Positions 25,584-37,718 of a stretch of DNA of 64,000 nucleotides are shown here, piece by piece. The notes beneath the pieces were generated by a model that worked only from the letters and a program-made list of their open reading frames with translations, did not search any database and had not been told where the DNA came from. Both the position numbers and the translations under genes were made by a program. Numbering within the stretch: position 1 is the stretch's first letter; the number at the start of each line of letters is the position of its first letter. The stretch comes from the human T2T-CHM13v2.0 reference genome, Homo sapiens. Location of the stretch: assembly GCF_009914755.1 (NCBI RefSeq), contig NC_060946.1. One strand, given 5' to 3'.

Positions 25584-25868
25584 TTCTGAGAGTGAGTGGT
25601 CGCGTTCCTGTCCCTCGGTCCCTGTCCCCCACGGCCCAGGTTCTGAGAGTGAGTGGTCGCATTCCTGTCCCTCGGTCCCTGTCCCCCACGGCCCAGGTTC
25701 TGAGAGCGAGTGGTCGCATTCCTGTCCCTCGGTCCCTGTCCCCCACGGCCCAGGTTCTGAGAGCGAGTGGTCGCATTCCTGTCCCTCGGTCCCTGTCCCC
25801 CACGGCCCAGGTTCTGAGAGTGAGTGGTCGCGTTCCTGTCCCTCGGTCCCTGTCCCCCACGGCCCAGG
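25584..25868. repeat. 57-bp VNTR ttctgagagtgagtggtcgcrttcctgtccctcggtccctgtcccccacggcccagg, 5 copies
   Basis: Units at 25584, 25641, 25698, 25755, 25812. Confidence 0.97.
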
Positions 25869-26104
25869 AATGAATCTGGTATGACCTCTTCTGTCTCGCC
25901 TGCCTGTGCATACTTAGCTGTGTCTTGGGTCTGACCTGTCTTCAGCCCCATCCTTGTGTTGAGCATGTGAGAAGACAGCAGTTGTGTGACACGACGTTGA
26001 CATTAAATGAACGGTGGAGAAGTTATCTTGAGGGAATGTGTTTGCAGTTTGGCCTCTGCCTTGCAGTCTGGTTGGATCTCAGCCCTCAGGACCATTTAAT
26101 GGTG

Positions 26105-26790
26105 GTGGGAGCATTCTGTTTGTCCCCAAATGTGGGACACCACCGCACGATCCTGACACTAACATCCCAGAGTTGGTGTCAGACTCTATGAGCTAAGGGC
26201 TCAGTCCTTAACAAGAGCACCCTCACTTCAGACTCCAGCTGCACCTCAGTGGTCCCCAGGCCACCTGCACCTCTGCCCAGCTGGCTGTAAATTCAGTGGT
26301 GTCCATGACTTCAGGTTTGATTATTCATTAGAATGGCTCATGGGACTCAAGAAAGCCAGTGATTATGATTCCAGTTTTATGTACAGGTTAGGGGGACCAG
26401 CCAAATGTGGAGAATCATGGGACGAAATCTGCAAGAGTCCCGGGGATGCAAAGCTTCCATACCCCTCCCCATGGGGCCCGGGGACACAGCGCTTCCATAC
26501 CCCTTCCCATGGGCCCAGGGACACAGCGCTTCCATACCCCTTCCCATGGGGCCCAGGGACACAGCGCTTCCATACCCCTTCCCGTGGGGCCCGGGAACAC
26601 AGCGCTTCCATACCCCTCCCAATGGGGCCAGGGTGCTAACTCTCCTGCCATAGCCATGTGTTCGCCAACAAGAAAGCCCCTCAGAGCTTGGTGACCGGGG
26701 TTTCTATTGAGGTTCATTGCATAGGCCAGATGACTGAACGGGGGCCGCCTGATGGAGCTCAGTGCCCAACCTCCCTCCTCTTCCCTCCCT
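26105..26790 (-). mobile_element. MER21-like ERVL LTR containing a minisatellite
   Basis: ctgacactaac..ccagagttggtgtcagac, taagggctcagtcc, cacttcagac.ccagc, ccccaggccacctgcac.tctg, tcaggtttgattattcattagaatggctca, gggtttctattgaggttcatt. Confidence 0.75.
26441..26632. repeat. ~38-bp minisatellite gggacacagcgcttccataccccttcccatggggccc, 5 copies
   Basis: Directly visible tandem copies. Confidence 0.95.
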
Positions 26791-29534
26791 TCCCTTCACC
26801 CAGGCTCACCTGACTCTACAACCTGAGGCCTTAATGTGCTCTCTGGTGTCCAGCCCAGACTCGGCTGCTGCCCGAAGGAGAAGACCTGCCGGCAGCCTCG
26901 ATCTTGGCCAAGGCTCCTGGCTGCCGCTTCTGGGGCGGGGATGGCAGGAGCCCTGCCTGTTTGCCTGCAGGGATTTGCCAGCGAGTGTCCTGTGCCGGGA
27001 AAGTGGAGCTGTGGGTCCATGATTCTGCTGCTCTTCCTTGAGCCCCATCTCTCTCTCCTGTTCCCTTCCAGCTCAGGCGCGCTGTCCCATCGGAGGCCTT
27101 GGTGAGCGGCCACAGTGCTCTGTCTTGAGCTGTCAGCCCCAGACTGCTTCCCCCAGAGTGGCCTGGGCCGGGGCTGCTGCTCGTCCTGGGTCTCAACCCT
27201 TCCCACCCTCTGCCCACCATTGGCAGTGAGCGGTTCTTGGTGTTCTGGCTGGTGAGCGTGACTGGACCCTGCTTGTTGGGGACCTGGCTTTTCTAGCTGT
27301 CAGCGACATAAACCAAACCATGCAAATGAGAAAGGAGGTGGGCTCAGAGTGGGGGGCCTCTTGGTGCGGAGGGGCCCTGCTCACTGTCAGTGGCTCTTGC
27401 TTTTGTTCTTTTTATCTTTTTAACTGATTAGAGAATTGAAATCTTCCCCCAGAATCAAAGCCTATTCATGGCTGTCCCAGCCAAAGCGTGATGTATTTGT
27501 GTCTGTTCTCGGCTTTGTGCGGGGGGTTGAAAGGTTTTCTTTGTCAGGTGTCTAAGTGTGAGCCATTATGCTGCTCTTCGGGTGATAAATCTGAGTGTCT
27601 GGTCCTGCATAAACAGTGTGTGTTTTATGCCAAGTCAATGGGATACGTGTTTTTTCCATTTTAGCCTAAATCCTGGGACACAATGTGCTTGCATAATTTA
27701 TTTTTATTTTTAATCAAGAAGACAAGATGTTTCAGCAGAATTTTCGGTCTGTGGATCTGCTGTTTAAAGTGCTGGGAAAAGTGTTCAACAAATATTGTGG
27801 TTGTTTCTCCAGCTTGCCAATATGACACATCTCTTCCTGGTGACTTTACAACAATAACGTTGCCTTGCCCTGCCACATAAGGGCTTTATGAAAAAACCTT
27901 TTCAGCCTGAAATATGACAATAATTACACCTGCCTGCTCATTCATTGTATGTATACTCTTATTTCCAGTGAAATGGAAATTTCAAATTCAGAATTATTGC
28001 CAACCAAATTACCTTTATCAGTGAAAGAGCATCTGCTCGCAATTACTTATAAAATAAGAAAAATGAATCCTTTCGGCATGTACATTTGCAGCTTTGATGT
28101 GTATAAATGGGAAGTAATGCCTGGAGTTTAGCAGCCCATCCTTCACCGTGCCCAGACGGGAGGAGGCTTTCCCGCTGGGGATGCACGTCCCGGCGGGGTG
28201 AGGCCCTGGCTGGCCACGCCCGCACCCTTCATGACGTGCTGCCAGAGAAGCCACGGAGTCGTGCTAAGTGACCACTTCCGTGTGAAGAAGGACACTCCCC
28301 GGTGCCTTCTGGATGGATGTCCCATGGGCTCCAGAATCAAGCCAGCTTAGCCAGGCTGTGTTGGGTGACTCAGCGGAGCGCTTGCCATGGAGTCCCTTGC
28401 TGTGGCCACCATGGTCTCGTGCTGTGCCTGCCATCACCTCTGGGTGGGCGTGGGTTTTGCCTTTTCACTCCTTTCAGGAGTTCAAGGTCCTGTGTCAGGC
28501 AGAAGGCCAGGCACTCAGGACACAGAGAGCTTGTAATTCGGGTGCAGTGCACAGCTTGGAGCCCGAAGGCTGGATTGCCTTGTCTGTTTCCTACAGGCTG
28601 CTGAGCCCCCGGCGGGCAGAAACAGGCCTTGTCTTCCTTGTAGCTTTGCTTTCAGAGGCAACCCTGGGAAGTGGAGGCCCTGGTCAATCTTTCCTTAAGG
28701 AACCAATGAAAGAGGAGCCTCTTGCCCTGGAACGGCCTTGCCTGTGCCTGTGAGGTTAACGCTGTGTCCGGTTTTCTGGTTAGTTCCTTGTGACCGGGTG
28801 CTCTTGCAGATGTACTGGGCTTTGCCCTGAGGAGGGTGGGTGGCTCTGCCCAGGGCGCAGGTGCCCAGAGATGCAAGGGTGGGTCCATGCTCAGCTCTGG
28901 TGGTGTGGGGTCGTTTCAAGGGGACAGAGTGGTGGCAATCCTCAGGCCCATCTTGGCTCGCCTGCCTCCTTGTGTGCACCTTTGGACAGGTCCCCTCACC
29001 TGCCTCACCTCACAGGTGAGGGGCCGGGGTCCCCAGGGTGTGAGGTGTGTGCCCCCCTTCAGGAGCTGTGCAGTGGGAGTTCGGTGCAGGTTAGCCGGCC
29101 ATTGCACTCTGGCTGGAACGGGCTCCTTCTCCTCAAGTCAGCGTCCCTCAGGGAGGGGCTGAGGGCTTGGTGGCCTCTGTGCTTTCCACCCCTGAGTCCC
29201 TGCAAGTGGGGCAGGAAGGGTTAATTTGTACTCTGTTTAGTTACCACAATGACAGGTGTTCCAGAAATATGTGTTTAAATTTTCAAGTCTGTTTCTTGCC
29301 AGTTTGTGTTGGAAAGATGTCACCTGCTTCCCAGGCCCGTGGTAGAGTTGTCTGTTTTCCCAGGTGGGGACATGCCGAGCCCCGGCACAGGTGGGCTGCT
29401 GCTGCTCTAGGCAGGTGACAGACTGGCCGGTGAGCCACGGCTCCTCTTCTGCGTGTGACTCTGTGGTGTGCACCTTCCCCAGCAGTCACCTCATCCTCAT
29501 CCATGGCAGCGGCTGCCCTGGGTGCCAGGCTGCC

Positions 29535-29650
29535 TGGTTAACAAATGTGTGCCCCGCACACATCACATGTGTGGTGGGCCATGGCCTGCCTTGGTGCTGG
29601 TCTCTGTTTCCGGACAAAGTCCCTGCCCTCGAGGAAGTCACAGTCTAGAG
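29535..29650 (-). mobile_element. L2 3' fragment
   Basis: ttaacaaatgtgtg...gacaaagtccctgccctcgaggaagtcacagtctag. Confidence 0.55.
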
Positions 29651-30721
29651 GATAAGACCCTCTGGCAAGTCCCACCCACACCAGGTCCCCCAGACTGGGT
29701 CCAGGGCCTGGCCCTGTGAGTGCTTGGTTGAGAGGCCTCATCATACACTGGATTTGTGCCTGGAGTGAGAGGAGAGAGGGAGTGGCCGCGAACACACACC
29801 CAAAGGGAAGAACACCCAGGCTCTGTAGCCCTGTCTAAAGCTCGCCTGAAGCCTCCTGTGTAAAATGTGGGCACAGCACTCGTGTCCTGGTGATTAGCCT
29901 GTGACTGTCCCACTGCTGCCTTGGTACACTGGGGCCCTGCCCTGGCAGCATTGGAGAACCTTCAGAGCAGCGGCCAGACAGGGATGTGCAGTGTGGCCGT
30001 GTGTCCCAGGAGGCCCCAGGCTGCTGACTTCAGCTTATCTCCACGGCAGAGCTTCATTCACGCCAGTGCAAGGCGGCACCCACTTGCTGCAGCCCAGACG
30101 TCCACGCAGAGCTGTGGGCTGGGAGTGGCCAGTGAAACCAGGTGCCACCTGCCAGGCCAGGCACCTGCCCTGGAACGTTCCTTTCACACTGCCGTCCCAG
30201 GCTGCCCTGTGTGGCCCCTCCTTCCTCAGGCGCTTTGTTTCAAGCAGTGATTTTCCTCTGGGGCTGTCGCTGTCGTCCTGGCTGCTCTTCCCCAAGTAGC
30301 CAACTGCTCCTTCATGGAAGCTCATTCTTTTTTCTGTGCAAAAGAGCCTTGTTGAGTAAATGGAGTCATTTTCTAAACAGCTGGTTTTAAGTGTTCAGAC
30401 TTGAATTCCACGTGTCAGTGCGCTGGGGGCAGCAGAGTCTGGTAGCAGCTTGGGTGGACTTCCACCCTCCGAGGGGCATGGGCAGAGGTCAGGCCTGGAT
30501 GGTGGAGCCCCCTCAGGGCTTCGTAGAACTTTCTATCAGTTTAGTTTTGTAGCTGCAGATTAACTTCAGGTTAGAAATGATTCTGTAAGTTCTTTGAAAA
30601 GAACGTCATGTTCTAGGGTGTGGCTGGAAAACTCCTCGCTATTGCTGTGTTGAGAAATAGAAGTAGAGGAGGACGGCCAGGCTGGGAATGTGTCCATCTT
30701 CCGGTTACCTGTTTGCTCTCT

Positions 30722-31030
30722 GTACTCATTCGTTCATCACAGTCACCTGACAGACACTCATGGATGCTCAGTTGTGTGTACTGGGGGCCGGGGAAACAAA
30801 GGCGACACAGACCTGGACCCACACCTGACCAGCTCACACCCCAGGGTGGGCAGGCACCCTGAGCACTTATGCCCCTTTCGTGATAAATGCTTCCATAGAG
30901 GTGTGTATAGAACGAAGAAGAGGGGGAGGCTCACAGCTTGGGGTGTTTCTGGAAGCATCCAGGAGTTTTGACGTCTGGGTAGCCTCGCACTGAGCAGAGA
31001 CAGGTGCCCTGGTGGAAGGCTGCCATGAGG
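30722..31030 (-). mobile_element. L2 fragment
   Basis: ctcattcgttcatc...acacagacctggaccc...agctcaca. Confidence 0.45.
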
Positions 31031-34000
31031 GTGAGCCCGGGGCGCGGGGAAGCCTGCGTGGTAGCATGGGTGTTGTTGGTCACCTGGTGCCACCGCAGGA
31101 GGCATGGCATTGCAGGGGAAGGCAGCGGTGAAGGCCGAGGAGGGAGTGGGGGTCTGGTGCCTTTCTTAGGCACTCTGACTTCATTCTGGGGGCCAGTGTC
31201 TCTTCATCTGTGGGGATCCTGAGACACCTCCTGGCACCCCCTTTGGTCTCTCTGTCCCCCGAGGGATGAGCAGCCGTGGGATTAAATTCTGCGGGGGCTT
31301 CAGCCTCAGGGGCCCCTCGGCAGCACCGTTTTGTTCTCTCCACTTGCCGCGCTGCCCTTTACTTATTAGAGACTATGGGAACCATTTTTTGGTAGTGAAA
31401 TTAGTTTTATTTTAAAAATAAATGTCTTTAATAAAGCGGCAGTGGATTAGAAGGAAGCTGTTAAGTGAGCAACACGCTGGCGCTGCCTCTGGACCTGCAC
31501 TGCAGCCCTCCCCTCCCTCAGTGTGGAGCTCTTGGAGTGGGTGTCCTGCGTGAGCCACTGGGACCTGTCCTTCCTGTCTCTGTGAGCCTGTGTGGTGCCG
31601 CGTCCTTGTGTGACCTGCCCTCTGAGGCGTTCCCAGTGCAGAGATGTCACTGGCACGTCAGCATCTTCTCTAGAGTCTCTGACATCCCACCTGGAAGAGT
31701 CTGACTGAGAGTCGAGATGAGAATCTGTATTTAACAGCTCCTGTGCTCCCGTGGTGATGAGGATGAAGAGGAGGGGGAGGAGGAAGATGAAGACACGATG
31801 ATGTCCAGCCCTGTTTGGGAATCCCTGAGGTCACTGCCAAGCCCACTGCACCCTGGCATCAGGCCTTCCTTGCCCTGCAAGCGGGCCCCTGCGTTCCCTG
31901 TGCCCCGGCTGTCTCTGGGCCTGGCTCCTCAAACGTTTCTAGCCCAACACCTTTCAGAAGTGCTCCAAGGCAGGGGAGGCAATCCCTGGCCTATGTGCCG
32001 GGGACTTTGGACGACGGAGCTCGAACAGGCCCAGTGCAAAGATGAAATTGCATTGAAATCGCAGTTTTATCCTAACAACTGATGACGATAATTGACTTTA
32101 TGGCATATTATGCATTGGTTTTGGTTTTAATACACAAATAACATTTTCAGTCGCTCAGAATAAACTGTCCTTGCTGCTCGCGTGTGACGCTCTTTGCTTG
32201 CAGCCGACTCTGGCACTGATGCGTCAGGCTCCCTGAGTCCTGAGGCACCAGCGTTCCCAGCCACTCGTCCACCCAAATGTTCCACCTCTGAAGCTCTCCT
32301 GGGGGCAGGGGAGACAGGTGGGCTTGCTAATGAAGAAGTGTGGGCATCTGTGGCCGTGTGTGTAGTCTGCGCCAGACCTCTTCATAAAGCAAAAAGCCAA
32401 CCAACCCCCTGCTGTAGCAACTGAGTATCTGAGGTGAGCAGATGCCATCTGGAGGAGCTGCCCTGCAGGCTGCTCTGCTGCCAGGGACCCCCACCCCCGC
32501 CTGCCTCCGGGGCCTGCCTGGCCTGCTTGTACCTGCTCTCTCTGCAGGCCTGGAGCCCTTAGTGCTCAAGTTTGTTACCGCAGAGGCAGCGCACAGTGGT
32601 GGGGGTGTGGGTGCCTCTGGGTCCAGGCAGCCTCCTGGAGGGCAGTCCTGTGGGTCGTGGGCAAGGCTGTCCAGCCTCCCTGGTGACTTCCTCCCAGGCT
32701 GGCCCCTGGGGCTCAGAACAGCCTTTGCTGTTCTGCTCCACCCAGTTCTGCAGTTTCCACAATTAATTATTCACTGTCGTGTTGGAATGGAGCGTGTATT
32801 GCTGCATCTACCCCACAGTGTGAAGCAGGCCTCATCCTGCAGGCATCCCCTGACACCCAGCCCTACAGGAGCCCCGCCCCAGCACGTTTGCCCTGGTCAG
32901 CTGAGGACAGCAGTGGTTTAGGGGAGGAGGGTGACAGTGAGGGCAGAGACAGTGAAGGGACCAGCTCCCGCCACAGCAGGGTCCCATCATGGGACCAGAG
33001 CTGCCCATGCTTTTCCAGGGCCAGCTTAGTGGAGCCTGCTTGGAAACCAGCCCCTGTCCTTAGGTGAGGGCAGCTCCCGGTCCCACGGCCCTGAAGTCCA
33101 GGCCGGCACCCGCATGTCTTAGTAGAGCTCCTGGTCCGTCAGGTGGACGGCATTGCAGGATGGACCCTCCTGTTCCTCTTCCCCCTGCTTCTCGCTTGTT
33201 GCTGAAATATTGCAAGTTACCAGGGACTTGAGTAAAACAAACCAGTAAACAGAACACTAGCTTTTCTCTGGTATTTGTTTATTTGCCATTTCTAGAACTT
33301 TCTTTGAGGGAATGGCGATCCCTGTGAAGTGTTTCGGGGTCACTTCTCAGGGCAAGCCAGGATTAGGTAAGCGTGGAGAGAAGGGAGGTGTAACTTGGAA
33401 GCAGGGTAAGGAAGTGAGCTGCAGAAAGAAGGCTCTCAGCAGCCCTCAGGTGCACCTGCGTTTTAAAAACCAAGGATCCACTATCCGGCTCAATTGGGCA
33501 ATAATTAGTAATGATTATTTGTTTTTATAAAGCAGCACCCATTCTTCTAGGCCCTTTAGAGTAGGACCTCATGGGCAGAATGTTGGAAAGAGGAGCATAG
33601 GCACCATGATCACTGGGATTTTGCCTCCAGGAGTGACACCGCCAGGACTCAGCAGGGGGTGAGGCAGGGAGCACGGGGTCTGAGCTGAGGCTGCAAAGCT
33701 GCCGCCCACCACAGCTTGATGAGAGGGGAGCGCATGTGGCTGGTGTGAGCGTGTGCTTCTGGGAGTGATGCTTGGTAAAGCCTGGCTCTTTCCAGAGGCC
33801 CAGCTGTCTCAGGGGTGTCCCCATCCTGCAGTCGAGGGGTGTCCTTCACCTGGCCTGCAGGCCTTGTGTCCCACTTGCGCACTCAACGGTTGGGTCCAGG
33901 CATAGGTGGAGCATTTCCCTGGACAAGATTGGGCCCCTCCTGAGGAGCTGGCAAGCTCATCTCCTCTCTCTAAGCCCCTCCTGGGACACCAGCCTGGGTC

Positions 34001-34318
34001 TGTGGAGCTTCTGTGGAGCGGGGAAAGAGCGCCTATCTGTGGAGCCCCACGGTGTGGGTGTCGACTCAAGCCCCCCCATCTTCCTGGGTGTTAGGGCGTG
34101 AAGCACCCGAACATGTCCATGATTATAATCATCACTTCAGCAGCACCACCATCTTTCGCTTTCCTGTAGGAAGGGAGAGCTGTAGTCTCTCATTAATAGA
34201 ATCAGTTCTTTGCTCCTTGGGGGTTGTTGCTTGGGATTCCCTGTTGGAGTGGGGTTCTGAGGCGGGCGCAGGCCCTTGGGGGACAAGTGACCTGGCTGCC
34301 AGTGCCTCCATAGGGCTC

Positions 34319-34355
34319 CCCTGACAGCCTTGGGGCCTGTGTTTGTTTTGTGCAG
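34319..34355 (+). promoter_or_regulatory. Branch point and 3' splice site of the TBC1D22A exon
   Basis: ccCTGAC (branch A at about 34324, 32 nt upstream), followed by a UG-rich tract tgtgtttgttttgtgcag. Confidence 0.6.
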
Positions 34356-34483
34356 AGCAAGTGCACCGGCACCTGGACCAACACGAAGTGAGATACCTGC
34401 AGTTTGCCTTCCGCTGGATGAACAACCTGCTGATGAGGGAGGTGCCCCTGCGTTGTACCATCCGCCTGTGGGACACCTACCAG
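34356..34483 (+). CDS. TBC1D22A: Internal coding exon of TBC1 domain family member 22A (Rab GTPase-activating protein; C-terminal part of TBC/Gyp1 domain; probably exon 11 of 13)
   Basis: Translates (G)AG-QVHRHLDQHEVRYLQFAFRWMNNLLMREVPLRCTIRLWDTYQ, with the QFAFRWMN.LLMRE...R.WDTY motif of Gyp1/TBC1D22 proteins. Acceptor gtttgttttgtgcag ends at 34355 and donor CAG|gtgagc starts at 34484. Length 128 nt = 2 + 42 codons (phase 1 in, phase 0 out). Exon number is from memory. Confidence 0.95.
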
Positions 34484-34632
34484 GTGAGCTCTCCTTCGCA
34501 CCCTCCGCCATGGGGGTGCCAGGAGCCCGGGCCGTTTCCTGTCGCCTTCTGCCCTGGGCCTGTGTGCTGCATTCGATTTTTTCTTCCAAGCGCTCTCTCC
34601 ATTGAAATGCGGTCTTTAAAAAGTATACTCCT

Positions 34633-34940
34633 GGCCGGGCGCGGTGGCTCATGCCTGTAATCCTAGCACTTTGGGAGGCCAAGGTGGGTGGATTGCCTGA
34701 GCTCAGGAGTTCGAGACCAATCATGGGCAACATGGCAAAACCCCGTCTCTACTAAAAACAGAAAAAATTAGCCAAGTGTGGTGGCCCACACCTGTATTCT
34801 TAGCTACTCAGAGGCTGAGGCATGAGAATTGCTTGAACCCGGGAGGCGGAGGTTGCAGGGAGCCAAGCTTGCGCCACTGCACTCCAGCCTGGGTGGCAGA
34901 GCGAGACTCCATCTCAAAATATAAATAAATAAAAATAAAA
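34633..34940 (+). mobile_element. AluS (full length)
   Basis: ggccgggcgcggtggctcatgcctgtaatcc through gcgagactccatctc plus A-rich tail; TSD core agtatactcct at 34622-34632 and 34942-34952. Confidence 0.95.
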
Positions 34941-35079
34941 GAGTATACTCCTGGCATGCTTTTTATCTGAGAAGATGTAAAACAGGGAAAAGAACTTCAG
35001 GCCGTTCTCTTTGTGGCTGAGTTTCATTCTGCCTGCGTGGTGACAGCAGCCTTGAGCTCTCTGGGAATTCACATCCTGA

Positions 35080-35215
35080 GCAGTGTGCTAGGAGGATGCG
35101 AGGGATGCTGGTGACTCTGCTGTGAGTTTGAGCTGCTTCTGCCAAAAAACTCACGCTCAGGACTCACACCTTGTCTATATTTTGAGTTACATACAATAAA
35201 GATTTTTTAAAAAAT
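35080..35215 (+). mobile_element. Old L1M 3' terminus with AATAAA
   Basis: ctgccaaaaaactcac...ttacatacAATAAAgattttttaaaaaa resembles the L1M 3' end. Confidence 0.45.
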
Positions 35216-36989
35216 CACAGATTCAGTGTGTATGAAATTTTCTACTCTTCACCAATTCTGATGAAATTCAATTCTTCAGGAGGTTGAGTTTTCTGGAACA
35301 AGCCACCTCTCTTCCCTTGAGTGTCCCATCACTTATTCTAGCACCTTTTCATTTTGTTCGAGATGTTTGCTGAAGCGGAGGCGGTGCTGTGGGGGGTATA
35401 CGCGCCAGCCTTTCATCATCAGTTACAAATAGCAGGCACCATTATGTGGGATTAGGAATCAAATCTCTACAGAGTGCTAAAGAAAGAAGCGTATGGCTGG
35501 TTTTCATCCCGGCACCTCAAGAGCCAGGCTTTCTACCACAGTGAGCACAGCCCTTCATCGGCTACACGTTCAGGATTTGCAGGGGGGCAGCTGCCCTTGG
35601 AGGTTGATGCTGGGGGACGGACGTGTCTGGAAAGGGGAGCTCTTGGCGGGAGGCTTTTTCTAAGGCGGCATAGGTCCCAGGCACTGCGTTGGGTCCCAAC
35701 ATTGGTGCCTTGCCCATGGAGGTGGGGAAGGCTGGGCATCACAGAGCAGCTAGGGAGGGCCTGGGGGTCATTCTGACCAGCTGCTCCCACAGGGCCTCAG
35801 GCTGCGTGCGTTCTTCCCACAGGACAGGGTGCCTGCTGGGCCTCCGTGCTCTCCAGTCTCTCATTCTGAGCCTGTTTTTGTGTGAGTCATCTAGAACAGT
35901 GCCCCAAAGCTTTGTTCCTGACACCGGTTGCTGGTCAGTGTGCCCCTTGGTGGGTGTGAGTGTTTTGTGGCTCTGAAGTCCTGTATTCTGACTTTGCTTT
36001 TCCTTTGCGCCGCTTGTCTGGTCTAATGATCTCACTACGGAAATTATCACCAGTCAGCAGACTGTCATTCGTGTCCGCGACTTGGGTTTTGTTCTTCCAA
36101 GTGTTTGGCAGCTACAGAATTTCTGGCCAGCAGCATTTGCTGGGACATAAAGCCTTACCTTGGGCTGTTTTGTTAAAGTAGCTGTCAGTCTAGTGCTATT
36201 GATCGGCTCTCTGTAACATGACAGGAAACAAAACTTAATATCCTGTAAATTGCGAATGCTGTCCGTTTTTGTGATTGGTTAGGCTGTTTGAGACCCAGAC
36301 CTCCCTCATTAAACACAGTTCCTTGTAATACTGTCCCCATTACGAATAAATTAGGTATTAAGTCAATCGCATTTTTGAGGAGCCAGAAAATGGATCGGCT
36401 TGCCCATGGTTCTGCACCACCTACTTAAAACTCCTAATAGGTATTAAAACTTTAAGCACAATTGTGGCATCTTTATTGAGTTAATTTTCTTGAAATTAAA
36501 TTTTGTCATGAATTGACTCATTTGTACCAGGGACTCATTCTTGAACTGATAGTACCCTGGTTATAAACCTCTTCATATCTTAAGAATCGGGGGTATTTCT
36601 ATTTTACAGGGCCAAGTAACCATGAAATTGTATTGCATCTTTTGGCAATGAAAATACATAGTAATCATAGGAAAGCAATCGGGTGATTACTCTCCCCTAA
36701 ACTGGGGGGTTTATTAGCTGAGCCATTACAGGTTTTAGTTACTCTTTAACCCCTTACAAGGTAGCTTAAAGTCCTCTTGGGACACGTGTCAATAAAAGGT
36801 TGTTTATAAGCACCTACACCTTCCCAGGCCCTGAACTAGATAGTATATAAAAATGAATGAGGGGCATTGTCATGAGGGTGACAAAAGGCTTGGAAGAGGA
36901 GCCAATGATGCAGAGATAGCCCAGATGGAAGAGAATGGCCCTGCTCCCCCAGGGGTCGCGTGCTCCCTCATGGATGCGTGCATTTCAGG

Positions 36990-37010
36990 AAAAAAAAAAA
37001 AAAAAAAAAA

Positions 37011-37014
<4 letters not shown>
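36990..37014 (+). repeat. A25 homopolymer
   Basis: 25 uninterrupted A. Confidence 0.95.

Positions 37015-37718
<704 letters not shown>

Noticed and set aside
25412-25966. ORFs with 19-aa repeats (and 16-aa repeats at 58268-58706)
   Set aside because: The VNTR unit lengths (57, 48) are multiples of 3, so several frames on both strands stay open by chance
30138-30158. CTCF-like motif ggtgccacctgccagg (also weak matches near 4355 and 12545)
   Set aside because: Partial matches only, expected by chance in GC-rich DNA; cannot be scored here
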